Of a stretch of 64,000 bases of DNA, positions 51,358-64,000 are shown in pieces. A model generated the notes under the pieces. That model saw only the letters and a list, made by a program, of their open reading frames with translations. It had not been told where the DNA came from and did no database searches. The translations under genes were made by a program, and so were the position numbers. Position 1 is the first letter of the stretch; each line of letters begins with the position of its first letter. Origin of the DNA: Microthyrium microscopicum (Eukaryota); contig MU004232.1 in the NCBI GenBank assembly GCA_010405405.1, positions 1,321,481 to 1,385,480 of the forward strand. Direction: 5' to 3'.

Positions 51358-51820
51358 TCATCCCAATCTAAATGTCAAAACAAGCAACGTGATATATGCG
51401 CTCACACTGAGCATAGTCAACCCCGTAACCACGTTCCCACTTGTTCTGAACTTGGTTCTACGCGTGCCTTCGTCATCCAGCTCCTGGAAGAATTGTCTGT
51501 TGCCTTGCTGCCGACGGAACAAACTAGTCACCAGTACGCCGGCACCATACACAGCAAACAGTGCTCCGATGCTGTAGAATTCCGAGGTGAAGATCTTGAG
51601 GACGATAAGCGCGAAGCTGAACTGCCCCAACGCTGTGCGCACATAAGCGCCTTCAAAGGTCCGTTGGGCGGCGCGAATTTCTACCAGTTCTTCTGAGGTG
51701 AGAACGATAGAGCTGGCACGGTGATGGCGCAGTCTATATCGTTTGGCGGCATTGATGCCCTGTGTAGTTGTTTGTAAGGTTGGAGAGCGGATGATTGGGT
51801 AGGCCACGTACCTCAAACAT
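51358..51820 (-). CDS. DUF202-family small membrane protein
   Basis: ATG TTT GAG micro-exon, then a GTACGT..CAG intron, then EELVEIRAAQRTFEGAYVRTAL and three hydrophobic helices. Confidence 0.75.
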
Positions 51821-52852
51821 GTTGACGGATGGCGATGGTTGTGGTGCTGTTACCGAGATCGCATTGCTCTTCCTTTCTTCTCTCCTTTTTGCCGCAAACT
51901 TTTCGAGAAGCAAGAAGCAGAAGAAGGTTGTCTAACATTGAAAGCTATGTCACGTCAGATGGTCTGCAAATTTGTGGTTGTCGTCAGGGGTCGTGGAGCC
52001 AGAAGGTGGGGCTATTTAGATCTAGACCCATTCTTTCACGGCAAATTGCAATAGAGGAGGCATTTGAGCGTTCTCGCATCAATATAATTGTTTGAGAAGT
52101 AGAGTATGCATGATAATGATTGAGAACCGTCTTGGGCGGGCAACGACAGCTCCATCTGCTATGTCCGCTATATCCCATCTCAGAAGCACCTTGCATCTGG
52201 ATTCTACTGCAATCGTAACTAATCCGTGGGTACAATACTGGCTGGATTGTGGTGTATTAACTGCCGCTTCCACTCGCAACTAATTCTACTCTTTCCCCTG
52301 CCTTGAGCTACATGACTTCATATGCGATTCGTAGTGGATCGAGCCTCTGGGTTTTGCCGTCTGCTTGAACTGCAGTCATAAGGAAAGTGACAAGGTACGA
52401 CGTTATGTTGATCCTCTCAATTGCCAGCGACCACTCATACCTACATTGCGAATTCGTCATATTTTGGACCAAGGGACGTCCTCCAAATAGGCCAGTGAAG
52501 TCTGCAAAGAGTGAAAAGTCCCATTTATTGTGTAGAATGGCCTATCGAATTCGACGGAGGTGCAGGATAGGCAAGGTTGAGGTATATAGAGATGATAGGG
52601 CTGAAAGTTGAATGCCAGTTTAGTATTCTGTGGGTATAATTCATCGCTTGGATGGTAAAACATACTATGAGGTGTCCCTGCAATCGATTTTGAGATGGAA
52701 AAATCGCCATTGGCACGTCGGATGGTGCCCATGCAATGAAGCTCGGCTTGCTCAGCTCCTTACGACGATATTCCTTCGCAAGCATTTCTTCTCTTGCTTC
52801 CAGAATTTGTGATGCGTATTGTTTTTTTCTGCTGTCTGCCTTCTACACTTCC

Positions 52853-53204
52853 TCACACGTGCTTCGTACCACCGATGACCTCTCCACGCACTCTTGTCCA
52901 GTCAATGCTTGCATCGAGCTCTTCATCCACAAGTCCACATATGACAACGTTCTCTCCTCGTATCAGGTATAGGCCATGTGGAGTCTGTGAGCTCGGTTCT
53001 GGATCTTCTACGGGTCGAATAACGCGCTCGATGGTTTCGGAGAGGACGACATTGGTGCTGTTGTCGAAAGCAACCATATTCCCAACTAGAGTACGGCCGT
53101 CACTAGTGATGATACACACGCGCTCTGCTTGCTGATTAGTTATGCAGCTATTGGTAAAGAGTATGTAGGTCAAGCATACTATTGACATAACTGCTGAGTG
53201 ACAT
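52853..53204 (-). CDS. LSM8: U6 snRNA-associated Sm-like protein Lsm8
   Basis: Spliced product MSLSSYVNKRVCIITSDGRTLVG..FDNSTNVVL..ER..GLYLIRGENV..CGLVDEELDASIDW. Confidence 0.93.
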
Positions 53205-54656
53205 GTTTGATCACGGCGGTGTAGATAGCCAACTTCGAGTGGAATGATTGCAAGGCTCTATATAGGCAAATCGCTGCTGAGTCGAAATTGTCCGGGATGT
53301 AAGAGGTAGCAGGCAAATATCAGTGCGATTGTGGGGAGTATTTTTGAGGAGTTGAAACTTGAGGTTGAGCAGCTGGAGGAGCTTGGGCAATTTTCTTCAT
53401 TCAAGACGCACTACCAGAAGTGAGGTTGAACCAATCAGCAGCCGACAACATCACGAGAACGCTACATACTGTAGGCCGCATAATTCCACACATCAAGATG
53501 TTGAACAAATTATGGTTGTGTTAGGAATAGACATGTTTCTCTATCGATATGTTTGCTTTATACCCAAGTCGAAAAAATGTACAAATGTCTGACTGAGATT
53601 CCGGAAAGATGAGTCCATCTGGCCAATTGGAGCAGAGCTAAGAATATCTCGACGCTAATCCCAGCTGAGATAACGGTTCCTGACCGTTGTCGAGTCTCGA
53701 TGATCTCTTTTGGACTAACTTTTACACTAAATCTGAACGCAACAACATCTCTCTCACCATTTCAGTCCATCTCAGATATCACGGGCATTAATCGAGATTG
53801 ATGTTTCATCGCTAAAAATTTGAGAAGTCGTGTGCTCGCCCCCAACACCCAACAAGCCACCAACAATCCCTTTCATCCTACGATATCTTGCACGTTTCGC
53901 TCACTTGTTGGCAGTTTGTTCCTGTTGTGCATTGATTCTGCCATGCTTAAAACCAACACTGCAATGATCTCTCACTCGAATTTCGTCTTAAGCGAGATGC
54001 CAATGAAGGGGTACCATCTGCTTTATGAAAGATTCGAGGATAGAAGAGCCTTATATGGGTTCGATTACCTCGTAATCGCCTCTCACTAGTAGCTGCATAC
54101 TTATGAGGCTGTGCCCGCAACAATCCTTACTCTGCAGGAGAATGGCAAAATACAACCAACAGCAACGAGGGTTGTGCCGTCCTACTGTCGATACCACCAT
54201 ACATGGCAGATTATTCCATACTTACTCTACCGATAGAGATCCTAGAATTTGCATTGTCCCTATACCCAGGCATGTGAGGCAAAGGAGTTGTTTAATGCAC
54301 TTCTCCCCCCATATAATAGGCCGAGTCTATTTTTTGCCTAGGAATCCTATCCAACACCAATCAGTCTCAGCCGCAGATGTGTACTGGCTCACGCCAGGCT
54401 GGGATCGGGATTGTAGAAGGCTTAGCCATGTTACAACGCGTTCGAAGATGTGCCGCTTGTTGCACACAGCCTTTCTAACGATTGTGGTGTCTCTCTTCTC
54501 TTCAGTCATATTCCTCTGATCTCACTTACACTTCCTATCCATACTAATGCTTTGTTTATCGCAACCAAATTGGAGCCTGGACCTTCAACAGTTTCTTCAA
54601 TCCTATTCCTTGTCGAAATGATTTTCAGTAAATCTGCTTTACAATAATACTTAATA

Positions 54657-56990
54657 ATGGACCACACTACAAGGAGCCGCAGTACTTCTTCCAGCGAGTT
54701 TGCATTTGAGCGTGCCTTACAGCTACTGGAAAGGGAAATCAATCTGGATCTTAGTCCTCCTCCCTCTATCGATCAAAATGGTTATAATGATTTTCCACAA
54801 CTCGTGAATCGCTTGCCCAGCCGACATTCTGTTCATGGAACACGACTGCCCTTGGAAACGACATCGACTGGGCAAATGACCAACGAACCTGAACAGCTCC
54901 TACAAGTTCGACCTTTATCTTTTACTCGCAATCAAAGAATCACTTCTCAACGTTTCTCGATAGATGGCGCCCAGCTGGAAACGCTATCGGATTGTCTGGG
55001 AGTAGAGAAGAGCTTCGGTATGGACAAGAGATATTCTTCTGCGCCAACATACCCCGGGGCCACAAACCCGCCAAACACTCTTCAGAGAAACAGATTCGCA
55101 AATTTTGGTCGTCGTAGGAAGGTAGGGAGTAGGTTCTCGCGATATTCCGAATTGAACTGTCCACCTCCGACTATTATCGAAAAGGAAATTGCAGAGAAGG
55201 AACCGTTGGAAGTGGAACTTTCTCCTGCTGCAAGCTCTCCGAAGACCCCGTTCCGTGCAACAATAAGGGAATTACCAAGATTACACATTCCTCCAAACAT
55301 GCGCCCTCTACCAGTATCACCACCATCCCCGCAGTCTCCACAATCCGAGAGTCCAGTGTCGCCAATGACTCCAGTTTCAAGTCTGGATACGCCAAGTAGC
55401 CCGCGCCAGCTGGAGCCATTAGAATCAATACCAAACTCACACTTGTGAGTATAATTTTCATCATCAGACCAAACTTACTAATATTATAAACCAGATCTCA
55501 ACAAATCGCCAGTGATCTTCAACAAAACACTAAAACTACTGGGACCAAAACCATCCTTTTGGCAACTGATCAACCAGATGTATCACCACTAATACCAAGC
55601 ACACAAGAAATAAGTGAACCAGAAAAATCGAAAGAACATGCTGTGACCATCGCTGATTACTGGGCCGACTCTGCCACCAACACTTCTTCCTACTACAATC
55701 GTCTCTTTCGTGTTGACTCTTCCGAATCAACAGCTTCATTGCACAACCAGACTGCTCCTAGTATTCCAGAAGGATCTATGACTCTCTTCAGTTCTATTTA
55801 CAAGATTCTTCGGAGTCCAAGCACTCGAAAACGAGAAAATGAGCTCCGCCGCGTTCATGCATCAAAGACCAGCAGATCTCCGTCGTCAGACACCACCGGT
55901 TCACCGACTCCCTCCCCCATCGCCTCTAAAGAATCACCCATCCTAGCAAACACCAACGCTTCACGCATCCATGTTCGCATGTCAGTAGTCGACGCTCCTG
56001 GTACTTGCGCAACACCACTCTTACCTCGTCACTTGACATAGATCCATGCACTACTGCAAAGTCTGCTGCCGCAGATTTCCCGTCTCCCCCGATACCACGC
56101 CGCCGAGCAGCACTTGCAAACATCCGGTATCAACCTGCTCGGACTGCCTCGACCAGTGGTTTAGCACGCTGCTGACGACCAACGCGCCCTCAAATATGAT
56201 CTGTCCCGATTGTACTGAACTTCTCAGCTACGCCGACATGCGCAAAGTCGTAGCGATAGACATCTTTGCCAAGTACGACATGCGTCTCACCCTATCTGCT
56301 GCTGGATTGCTTTCGCACCAGCCAATCAGCGTTGAAAAAACACAGTAGCTTCTCATCCTAACCATACCATTTCGTAGGTACGATCGCGCCCTCCTTCTCG
56401 ACCATTTGACGAAAGAGTCCTTTTACTGGTGTGCTTTCAAACGTTGCAAGAGTGGACAATTTCACACACCATATTATACAACCCGCTGTCCCAGAACGCG
56501 TATGAAGTGTGCAGCGTGTGGCTTTGACCAGTGCATAAAGCACGCTCAAGCATGGCACATTGGCCGAACCTGCGAAGCCTACGATACGGAAAAGCGCCTA
56601 GAAGTCATCGACCAGGAACGAAAAAGCCTGGGATATCTAAACAAAAAAGCAAAGCGATGTCCGAATCCGAAATGTGGAATATTGGTTCAAAAGCAAGGAG
56701 GATGCGATCATATGACATGTAAGTATTTTTCGTGCCCAATATCAAGTAAGAGTGACAATTGACCAGCTATAGGTAATAAATGTCAACATCAATTTTGCTG
56801 GAGGTGCTTGGCGAATTATGCGCTGATTCGAGACCACGGCAATAACTTCCATCGCCTAGATTGCAAATGGCATCCAAAACAGTTGGACAAGAAACCGGAT
56901 ATTTCTATCGACGCTGCCTTTGCAGCTGCTTTAGCAGCGGGAGAAGCTCAAGATCTACGGTTGATAGCTGCACAGTTTGGATTTCTGTAA
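54657..56990 (+). CDS. RBR-type (RING-IBR-RING) E3 ubiquitin ligase with long Ser/Pro-rich N-terminus
   Basis: In-frame splicing at 55445-55494 and 55981-56041 links the upstream ORFs to RING1 (CKVC..CKH..CSDC..CPDC), IBR (WC...C.SGQFH..C..C..C..H..WH..TC) and RING2 (KRCPNPKC..KQGGCDHMTC..C.HQFCWRC). Confidence 0.8.
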
Positions 56991-57495
56991 TGTTTTGATA
57001 CTCATACTGAGGTTCAGTTGCTATATCGCTGTTGTGGTGCCAATATGAAGGGTGTACGGAGTACTGTTATGACAGTTCGAAATGCATAGCCGAAATGTGT
57101 ATCAGCCTGGGTATGATCTATTCTTCTAATTTACTTGGAGAATTGGATACATGATTTGCAAAGACATGGTTTCAAAAATCCTTTCCTGTATGACACGTGG
57201 AAGACGTATGTTCCTAGAGTTGACCAAAGATTTGACAGCTCAGCACTAAACAGCTTGCTGCTTAGAAGACCTGTATATGTATACTATCAAGATCTCAATC
57301 TCACTCTACTCCATTCATAAATCTACTTTGACTCCTCTGACCTGGTAGGTTCCTCCTCTGGCTCGGAGCTTTACAACCTGCTTCATCCTTAGTCAACTGC
57401 ACTACCATAAGCTTATAAACAGGATTCATATTGTTGAAGAATCCAACGTGTATATCTACAAGCCCAATCGATCCAATCCCAAACTCACTGCCCGT

Positions 57496-58680
57496 CTACG
57501 CATCTCCCCAAACCTCCTTCGCAATCTCAACCTCCAACCTCACCTTCGCCCACTGCTGCTCCTCACTCAAATCATTACCCTCCTGCGTACTCGAGAACCC
57601 ACACTGATGACTCAAACAAAGCTGCTCCAATCCCTCTGGACAAAACTCCGCCGCCTCATGCAACCGCTTGATAATCGTCTCTTTATCATCCAACTCCGCC
57701 TTCTTACTACTCATCACGCCCAGCACCACAATCTTCCCCGGCGGCAAGAACCTCAGCGGACTAAAATCTCCCGACCTCGCATCATCATACTCCAGAAAGT
57801 ACACATCCACATCCAAATTCTGAAACAACACCTGCGCAACCGGCTCATAAGAACCACTCGCAAAATGCTTACTGCGATAATTACCGCGACACAAATGAAT
57901 ACCAACAACCAAATCCTTCGGCCGTTTCGAAATCGCCGCATTAATCAACTCCTACCCCATCATTAGCCACTTCCCCACATAACCATCTCATAATAAACAT
58001 ACCGCATATCTCAAAGGCAACAAATCCGGATCATCACCCCGTCCCTTAGCCTCCGCCCGCATAGTCTCATCACACAAATACGCCAAATTCGTATCATCCA
58101 ACTGCACAAACCTAACCCCGGCTTTATACAGACTATCCAATTCCTGCTGATACACGTGCGCCAAATCCTCAAAAAATGCGTCTAAGCTTGGATATGCGGA
58201 AACATCAATACTCGCCCTGCCGCCCCTAAAATGCACCATCGTCGGACTCGGCACACACACTTTCGCCATCACACCATTCTTCTCCGGATGTCTATCAATC
58301 TCGCCTTGCAGGTATTTATAATCGTCAACCTGCACATCCTTCTCATGCGTCAATTTGCCCGTGACTGCTAAACGCGGCGGTGACCAGCCTTCAGGCCCAA
58401 TAGAACTACTCTTAATCATGCCCTGCATTTCGACGCCGCCGAGCTGTTGGAGGAAGTCGAGATGGAAATATGCCCTCCTAAACTCTCCATCCGTGATGGA
58501 TTTTAGACCGTTTTCGAGCTGTTTGGCGACGATGGCGGCAATTTCGTCATCTTCGACTTTTCGTAGACCAGCCGCGTCGAGTTTCTGCGAAGCGACGGAG
58601 AGACGTGCGGACTTGATGGCGGCGGGACGGAGAAGGGAGCCGACGTGGTCGGCGCGGAAGACGCCTGGTGGGAGTGGCAT
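57496..58680 (-). CDS. Cobalamin-independent methionine-synthase-like (UROD/MetE fold, single barrel) protein
   Basis: FRADHVGSLLRP, TDGEFRR, VQLDD and Zn-ligand motifs HLCRGN, FLEYD and SHQCGF. One intron at about 57953-58001. Confidence 0.9.
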
Positions 58681-59808
58681 GGTTGGTATGACTGTGATGC
58701 TCGTGATGATAGGATGGGGAATAAGCTCGTGTAAATATTGGTGGTTTGAATGACGATGGAGTTGGGGAATTGTATGGGGGAGCTTGGGGGTATAAGAATG
58801 TGCGGAATATCCAAAAAGGAAACGAGAAGAAGCGGCTTCGGACAAGCGTTCAGTGCGAAATAGCTAGGATTAACTACCAACCGAACTTTGAGAAGTTCTA
58901 TATTGGCGTCGAAGGCTCAAAAGGTATCGAATGTAGTCATGCAACAGCCTTGCGCGAAGCTCTTGGGCCAATCAGAAAGACTTTCGGCAATTGAATTCGG
59001 ATCAATAACCGTTCGTAAAGGGCAAACGAACTCCTCCACGGAGTCTACCATGAAGGATCCAGGCCTGACTCGGCAAAGAGATTCGGTCTCTAATTTGTGG
59101 GGGGATGATACATCTAAAAAGGTGTCAGCAAAGTCAAGCAGACATGATATCACAGAGATATGAAAGAAACGTGTTTTTAAGCGGGTAAATCTGCATTTCT
59201 CATTCTGAAAATGATCTCCTCGTGGCCAATACATATCTTGAGCAAACTAGAATACAGTAACCAAGTTCCTAGTTTTATCAAAAATTCCTTCTTGTCCTTG
59301 TTTAGGCTCGCGAGGTCCTGAATACACAATACTACAGCCACGGGATCCAAACCCATAAGAGATGTAATCCATAGTGATGCTGAAAGTGAGCGTGTTTCCA
59401 AGCCCAGTGCTTGCTTCATCAAGTGCCAGTTGAAAATATCCATGCCCAAAATGTTCCACGCAGATGTGAGTTTCTATCACCCTGATGGCTACCATTGTCT
59501 GCCATTTTATTCTTCTTCTCTTCTCTTCCAACTTGCCCCGGCTGTGACAGTAAGAGGATAATCCAATACCGCACCAACACAGGAAAAAGTTCTAAAGATA
59601 CATAGGGAACCGATTCCCCAAAAGCTGCTTTTCGAGTATCTTCCTTTTTTTGTAATGCACAAAGACAACAAACCAGTCTTTTTTGACTTCCGTGATGGAA
59701 CAACGTTTGGTACAAAAATAAAAGTAAAAGAAATACAAGTACAGCGGGGAAGTTGGAAGAAAAGATCAGAGAATAAATGGCTCAAGCCATATTCTCTGAG
59801 AAGTGGGT

Positions 59809-61797
59809 TTAAAACACTCGATGTGGAGAGTCAGTTCTCCACACCCACTCAAAAGGACGGCCTCGATCGGCCTCCATTGCGCCGTGAAAGGATTTTTCGT
59901 GTCTCCAGTCTTTACTCTTGCTCCATTGTTTCTTGGTTTCAGGTGAAAAGGCACCGAGACCAGTGGTCAAGGTACGGGGTGCTGCTTGGCCCCAGAGATT
60001 CCAGTTGATACCTTTATGGGGAGGTGTTGGTCGAGAGCGTTTGTTAGGGGGAGTGGTGAGAGTTAGTGAGAATGCTTCTGTAGCATCACGGCTTTCTGCC
60101 TTGGTAGGAGTGTCTTTGAAAGGAGCGTCTGGAGCCCGTCGACGATCGCCCAAAGCCGACCATTTGTCCAAAATCGAGCGCTTCGAAGGTGGACTATATT
60201 TATCGGCCGACAATGGACCAGGTGTCTGGACTGCCATTGACTCGTTGAGGTCTTCAAAAAGGAAACCGGTGTGTTCGGAAACTTGGTTATCGGCGTTGTT
60301 GTGTTCTGGTGTGCGAACTCGAGAGTTGTTAACAGCTTCTGGATTCACCAATTCAGCGAGGCCGACGCGAGGGGTGTCTGATCCATTGCTTGAGCTGGCA
60401 AGCGAGTCCATAGAAGTGCGACGGAAGAAATCGTCAACATCTTGTTCTGCCTGAGCATGGGCTGCGTTCTCCTCCTCAAAGTCCTCGTCCCAAATGTCTG
60501 ACCAGCTCTTGGATTGATAATCACCCTTCTTGCCGAAGATAGCAGCAAGACTGGAGATTGGGCGGGCAGCAGTAGCAGGGAGCGAGCCGGAGATTGGTAC
60601 GGGCTTAGAGCCACCAGTCTTGACAGGATCCAAGCTCATATTGCTCGACTTGACTGACAGACCGAGCCCGGAATCTACGAAAGAAACCAGAGAGTTGTTC
60701 TGCTCGGTCGTGTAGACGGGCTTGGAAAGAGAAGAAGGGAAGATGGCATCATCAAACTCAATATCATCGAAGACAGTAGAGAGTTGACGAGCAGAGTCGG
60801 TCATAGCGAGGGCCTTGGCCCATGGGAAAGCACCACCCTGGTCGATCTGTGGTGACGAGATCGAAGGTGTTCGCAGTGGCTCCCTGTTGGCAGTGGCAAT
60901 GACGACTGGTGCAGCACAGAACTCGTCAAGAGACTCGTCATCAGTGGTAAAGCTGATGGCTCGCATGATGGCCTCTTTGGCAAGCTCGAGAGAACGGTTG
61001 GCAGGATCCATGGCCAAGCAGTGAACGAGAACGTCAAAGGTGTCTTGAGACATGTTGGGGAAGACATCAAAGAGGGTTTGTCTGTCGCTTGCAAAGTCGG
61101 CAAAGAGTGGATCAGAGAGGGTTGGTGTCGCGAATGGGTTGCGAGAGAACAGAATGTTCAACAAGCAAATTCCAATAGCCCAAACATCCGCCTTGGCAGG
61201 AGAGTAACCTCCTTCAGATGGATCCATTTGTTCTGGAGCCATATAACGGTCAGAACCAACAGCAGATTCGAAGGAAATGTCGTCTTTGGTAGCAAGTCCA
61301 AAGTCACCAAGCTTGACGGTTCCAGTCTGGGAAAGGAAGATGTTCTCAGGCTTAATGTCTCGGTGGTAGACGCCATTCTGATGCATATGTTCGACGGCAT
61401 CAATCAGCTGCAGCATGGACTCTCGGATGTTGTCGGTTTGGCCTGGGCCACGTCCAATGCGAATGGCTTCATAAAGGTCACCATTCTGGCAATATTCGAG
61501 GACAAGATAAACGTGATGCTCGGTTTCGAAATGATTAAGAAGGTTGACAATGTTTGGGTGGTTTCCAATGAGACGGTGGATAGCCAGCTCCTCCGATCGG
61601 TCGTCAACAGAGACGGATGATGCAACCTTGGCAGCGGCTGCTGGTTTGGTCAGGCACTTGAGAGCTACCTGATCGCCAGTAATGACGTCTTGAGCCTTGA
61701 AGACCAAGCCGAAAGATCCATGATTGAGAGGGCAGATAGTAGTATATCGTCCGTCTAGCAAAACACCGTCGGTAAAGTGATTTCGCATACAATCCAT
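59809..61797 (-). CDS. KSP1: Ser/Thr protein kinase, Ksp1/Ran1-like
   Basis: LNHGSFG, VALK, HRDIKPEN, DFG, GSDRYMAPE and DVWAIG, followed by a long Ser-rich tail containing SKSWSD.W. Intronless. Confidence 0.85.
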   Translation of the reverse strand: MDCMRNHFTDGVLLDGRYTTICPLNHGSFGLVFKAQDVITGDQVALKCLTKPAAAAKVASSVSVDDRSEELAIHRLIGNHPNIVNLLNHFETEHHVYLVLEYCQNGDLYEAIRIGRGPGQTDNIRESMLQLIDAVEHMHQNGVYHRDIKPENIFLSQTGTVKLGDFGLATKDDISFESAVGSDRYMAPEQMDPSEGGYSPAKADVWAIGICLLNILFSRNPFATPTLSDPLFADFASDRQTLFDVFPNMSQDTFDVLVHCLAMDPANRSLELAKEAIMRAISFTTDDESLDEFCAAPVVIATANREPLRTPSISSPQIDQGGAFPWAKALAMTDSARQLSTVFDDIEFDDAIFPSSLSKPVYTTEQNNSLVSFVDSGLGLSVKSSNMSLDPVKTGGSKPVPISGSLPATAARPISSLAAIFGKKGDYQSKSWSDIWDEDFEEENAAHAQAEQDVDDFFRRTSMDSLASSSNGSDTPRVGLAELVNPEAVNNSRVRTPEHNNADNQVSEHTGFLFEDLNESMAVQTPGPLSADKYSPPSKRSILDKWSALGDRRRAPDAPFKDTPTKAESRDATEAFSLTLTTPPNKRSRPTPPHKGINWNLWGQAAPRTLTTGLGAFSPETKKQWSKSKDWRHEKSFHGAMEADRGRPFEWVWRTDSPHRVF

Positions 61798-63470
61798 AGA
61801 GATTTAAGGTTGGAAAAGTGTAAATAGGCCGCCAAACCCAGGTATCCGCAAGAGAGCAGACAAAGCTGAATTAGGAGTACAGAGGATAGAACAAGGTCAA
61901 ACGCTAGACCAGCAATAGAAAAGACCAAAAAAGAACAACTTGAACTCGAAGGAGATTCGGGGTATAGATAAGCAAGTCGTGGAAGAGATGTTGCCGAGTA
62001 CAACGCCGGGATAGATCGTATGGATAATCGTGATAAAGCCGGTGGGTCCAAGGTTTGGTGAGATAGTAAACAAACAGCTGTCGTCAAAGAAACAATCTAT
62101 ACACAGTGGATTCGAAAGGAATCGAAGCTGAAGGATAGAAAAGAGGAGGCTAGAGAGTGCTCTGATCGTTCATGTAACAGATTAAGATTCCGTATACCGT
62201 AAGCTCGCGGGTAAAAGCACCCTAGTGGAGTAGCAGAAAGAATTGGTGGGGAAAAGAAAAGTGTCGTAGGGTGGACGACGGCCGGTAGTTGAGTTGGAAT
62301 AGTTCGTGAACGCTGAAAGAGAGTCGTAAGGCGTGGGAAAGGGTCGTGGCAATGGTAGGCGAGCAAAAGACAAAGAGTTGGAGACGAATGACCGCTGGAA
62401 CTTGGAAAATGGACAGTGAACAAAGACAAAGTAGCTGATTGAGTGAGGTCAGACTACATCAAATGAGCTTGTAGTGATGTAGTGGCAGGTGACAGCTTTT
62501 GAAGGATGTCTGGTTTGAGGCTATGGCATTCGAGGGCAAATGACGCAAGAACAGGCAGCAGAGTAGTGCTTAAGAGCAAGACTGTATTCTGAAGCTGTTG
62601 GCCGGGTTGAATGGAGTATTCGAAGCTCAATTGATGAGAGGCACAAGGAGCAGCAAATCGAGGATTAGCTGATGTAGGAGTAGTGGAAATAGGCTGGCGG
62701 ATAGTAGGTGGACTGATGATGAATGGTGGAGGATAGGCGGCAGCGGAGGAGAAGAGTTGAGGGAGGACGTGGAGTGGATCAAGCCTGCCTTGCTGTGCTC
62801 AAGAATTGAAAGTTGAGGGACTGATTGCTCTGGTAACAGCGAGAGGGTGAGTGAGGAATGTTGAGTCGTAGGCTTGGTAAGAAAGCTGGACTGATTGGGG
62901 AAGGGAACGTGAGAGAGCAACAATGACAACAACAAGGACACAGCAACAAAGAGCGAGAAGTATGGGGGGTGAGTGAGAAAGGTTGAAGGCGTGTATGTAT
63001 TATAGGAACATGACAAGTGTAGGCGGTGAAGAGTATGAAGCAAAAGTACAGAGTAGGAAGGTTGGGGATGTATGGATGATATGAACTAGTAAAGCAGAGT
63101 AGATGCAGGTGGGAGCGAAGGTGGTGGAGTAAGTAGTCGGGATTGGGGCCTTTGGGGGGGAACAGATGGGAAAGAATGGAGGGATAGGATGACAAGAGAC
63201 GAAAGCAAGAGCAAGGTCATTATTCAGAGCCTGGTCCAAGCGTCGAAAGCAGCAGAAAGATCTGGCAGCTCTCAGCAGGTTCAACAACAATAATGAACAG
63301 CAGCAGCAGAAGCAGCAGACACAGTCCACACCACCCACAAGGCAGCGGAGAAGAAGGCCCAGACGCCAAAAGAGCCACCCTAGCCAATTCTCTTCTGCAG
63401 GGCCACTAGTCTTTCATTGCCTCTTATTATTGCTCATGTATGACCCCCCTCCAGTACACTTGAATCCTGG

Positions 63471-63493
63471 CAGTAAAGCCCAGTAAAGCCCAG
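63471..63493. repeat. Short tandem repeat (CAGTAAAGCC x2.3)
   Basis: cagtaaagcc cagtaaagcc cag. Confidence 0.6.
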
Positions 63494-64000
63494 CTTGAAC
63501 CTGGCAAACCTAGCACCAAATCCTGGCACAAGACTCTTTCGAAGCACCTGCCCCCCCAAGCGCTTGCCCCAGCACTTCCCAGTCTTTCCAAAGATTGAAA
63601 GGTCAAAACAAGCTTGAGCAAGCAGGCCCAGCAGCAGCGGCACAAAGCAGCAAAGATCTCACCCAAAGAGCCTGCCAGACCTATGTCTCAAACAAGCTAG
63701 CCTCCTCATTAGCGTTGGCGCCAGTGGGGCTGCGCTTTCCTCTTGCTGGGTGCTGCAAAGTGCTCCTCCCCTGTCTTCCTTTGCCCAAACTCATGCAGCC
63801 ACCCAGGCTTGCCCTGGTCCTCCCAAATCCAGTAAGCTGTCCATTGTCCCACGTGTGCCAATCAGATGCATCTTCTGCTCTGACATGCCCGTAAGTTTAC
63901 ACGTAGCCCATTCGTTCGCTTCCTACTCTAGACTAGTCTGCCGCTGTCGTAAGCTGTTTAATGTTTTTGTTTACACAGCCAAAGCAGGACGCGGCAGAAG

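Noticed and set aside
121..56990. USP, DEUBAD protein and RBR ligase as a ubiquitin-system cluster
   Set aside because: They are spread over 55 kb among unrelated housekeeping genes, as expected by chance.
58681..58845. N-terminal extension of the MetE-like ORF in the supplied track
   Set aside because: It starts at TTG, an artefact of the bacterial-style ORF caller. The ATG at 58680 has good context and lies just before the conserved RADHVGS motif.
62097..63894. Several Leu/Ser/His/Pro-rich ORFs upstream of the kinase
   Set aside because: They arise from pyrimidine-rich low-complexity sequence, mostly start at TTG/GTG, and have no splice or motif support.
1..64000. tRNA, rRNA, CRISPR arrays, transposase or reverse-transcriptase genes
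   Set aside because: None recognised by eye. A covariance-model and repeat-library scan would be needed to exclude small or degenerate elements.

Overview
Eukaryotic DNA from a filamentous ascomycete (Pezizomycotina). It is gene-dense, with short GT-AG introns and CTRAY branch points, so the supplied ORF track fragments most genes. I rebuilt about 26 protein-coding genes by hand from splice signals. Most are housekeeping or metabolic: a USP-type deubiquitinase, a sugar porter, PMT2, ABZ1, MTQ1/HemK, SEC22, an ASX-homology protein, IWS1, TOM5 (missing from the ORF track), NUP57, NDUFA8, TRM9, MAK10, an acyl-CoA dehydrogenase, DJ-1/PfpI, a cytochrome P450, a GH28, EMC7, an EDC4/Pdc1-like protein, PFK26, a DUF202 protein, LSM8, an RBR E3 ligase, a MetE-like enzyme and a KSP1-like kinase. 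I found no tRNA, rRNA, CRISPR array or transposon. Three observations stand out. (1) The sugar transporter has a 132-codon, ATG-free, in-frame N-terminal extension that probably starts at a near-cognate ACG. (2) An intronless gene fuses a SesA/HeLo-like N-terminal helical domain to an LMW tyrosine-phosphatase-like fold that lacks the catalytic residues. (3) A four-exon, 48-aa TOM5 gene uses a GC-AG intron. All family calls come from motif recognition, not database searches.
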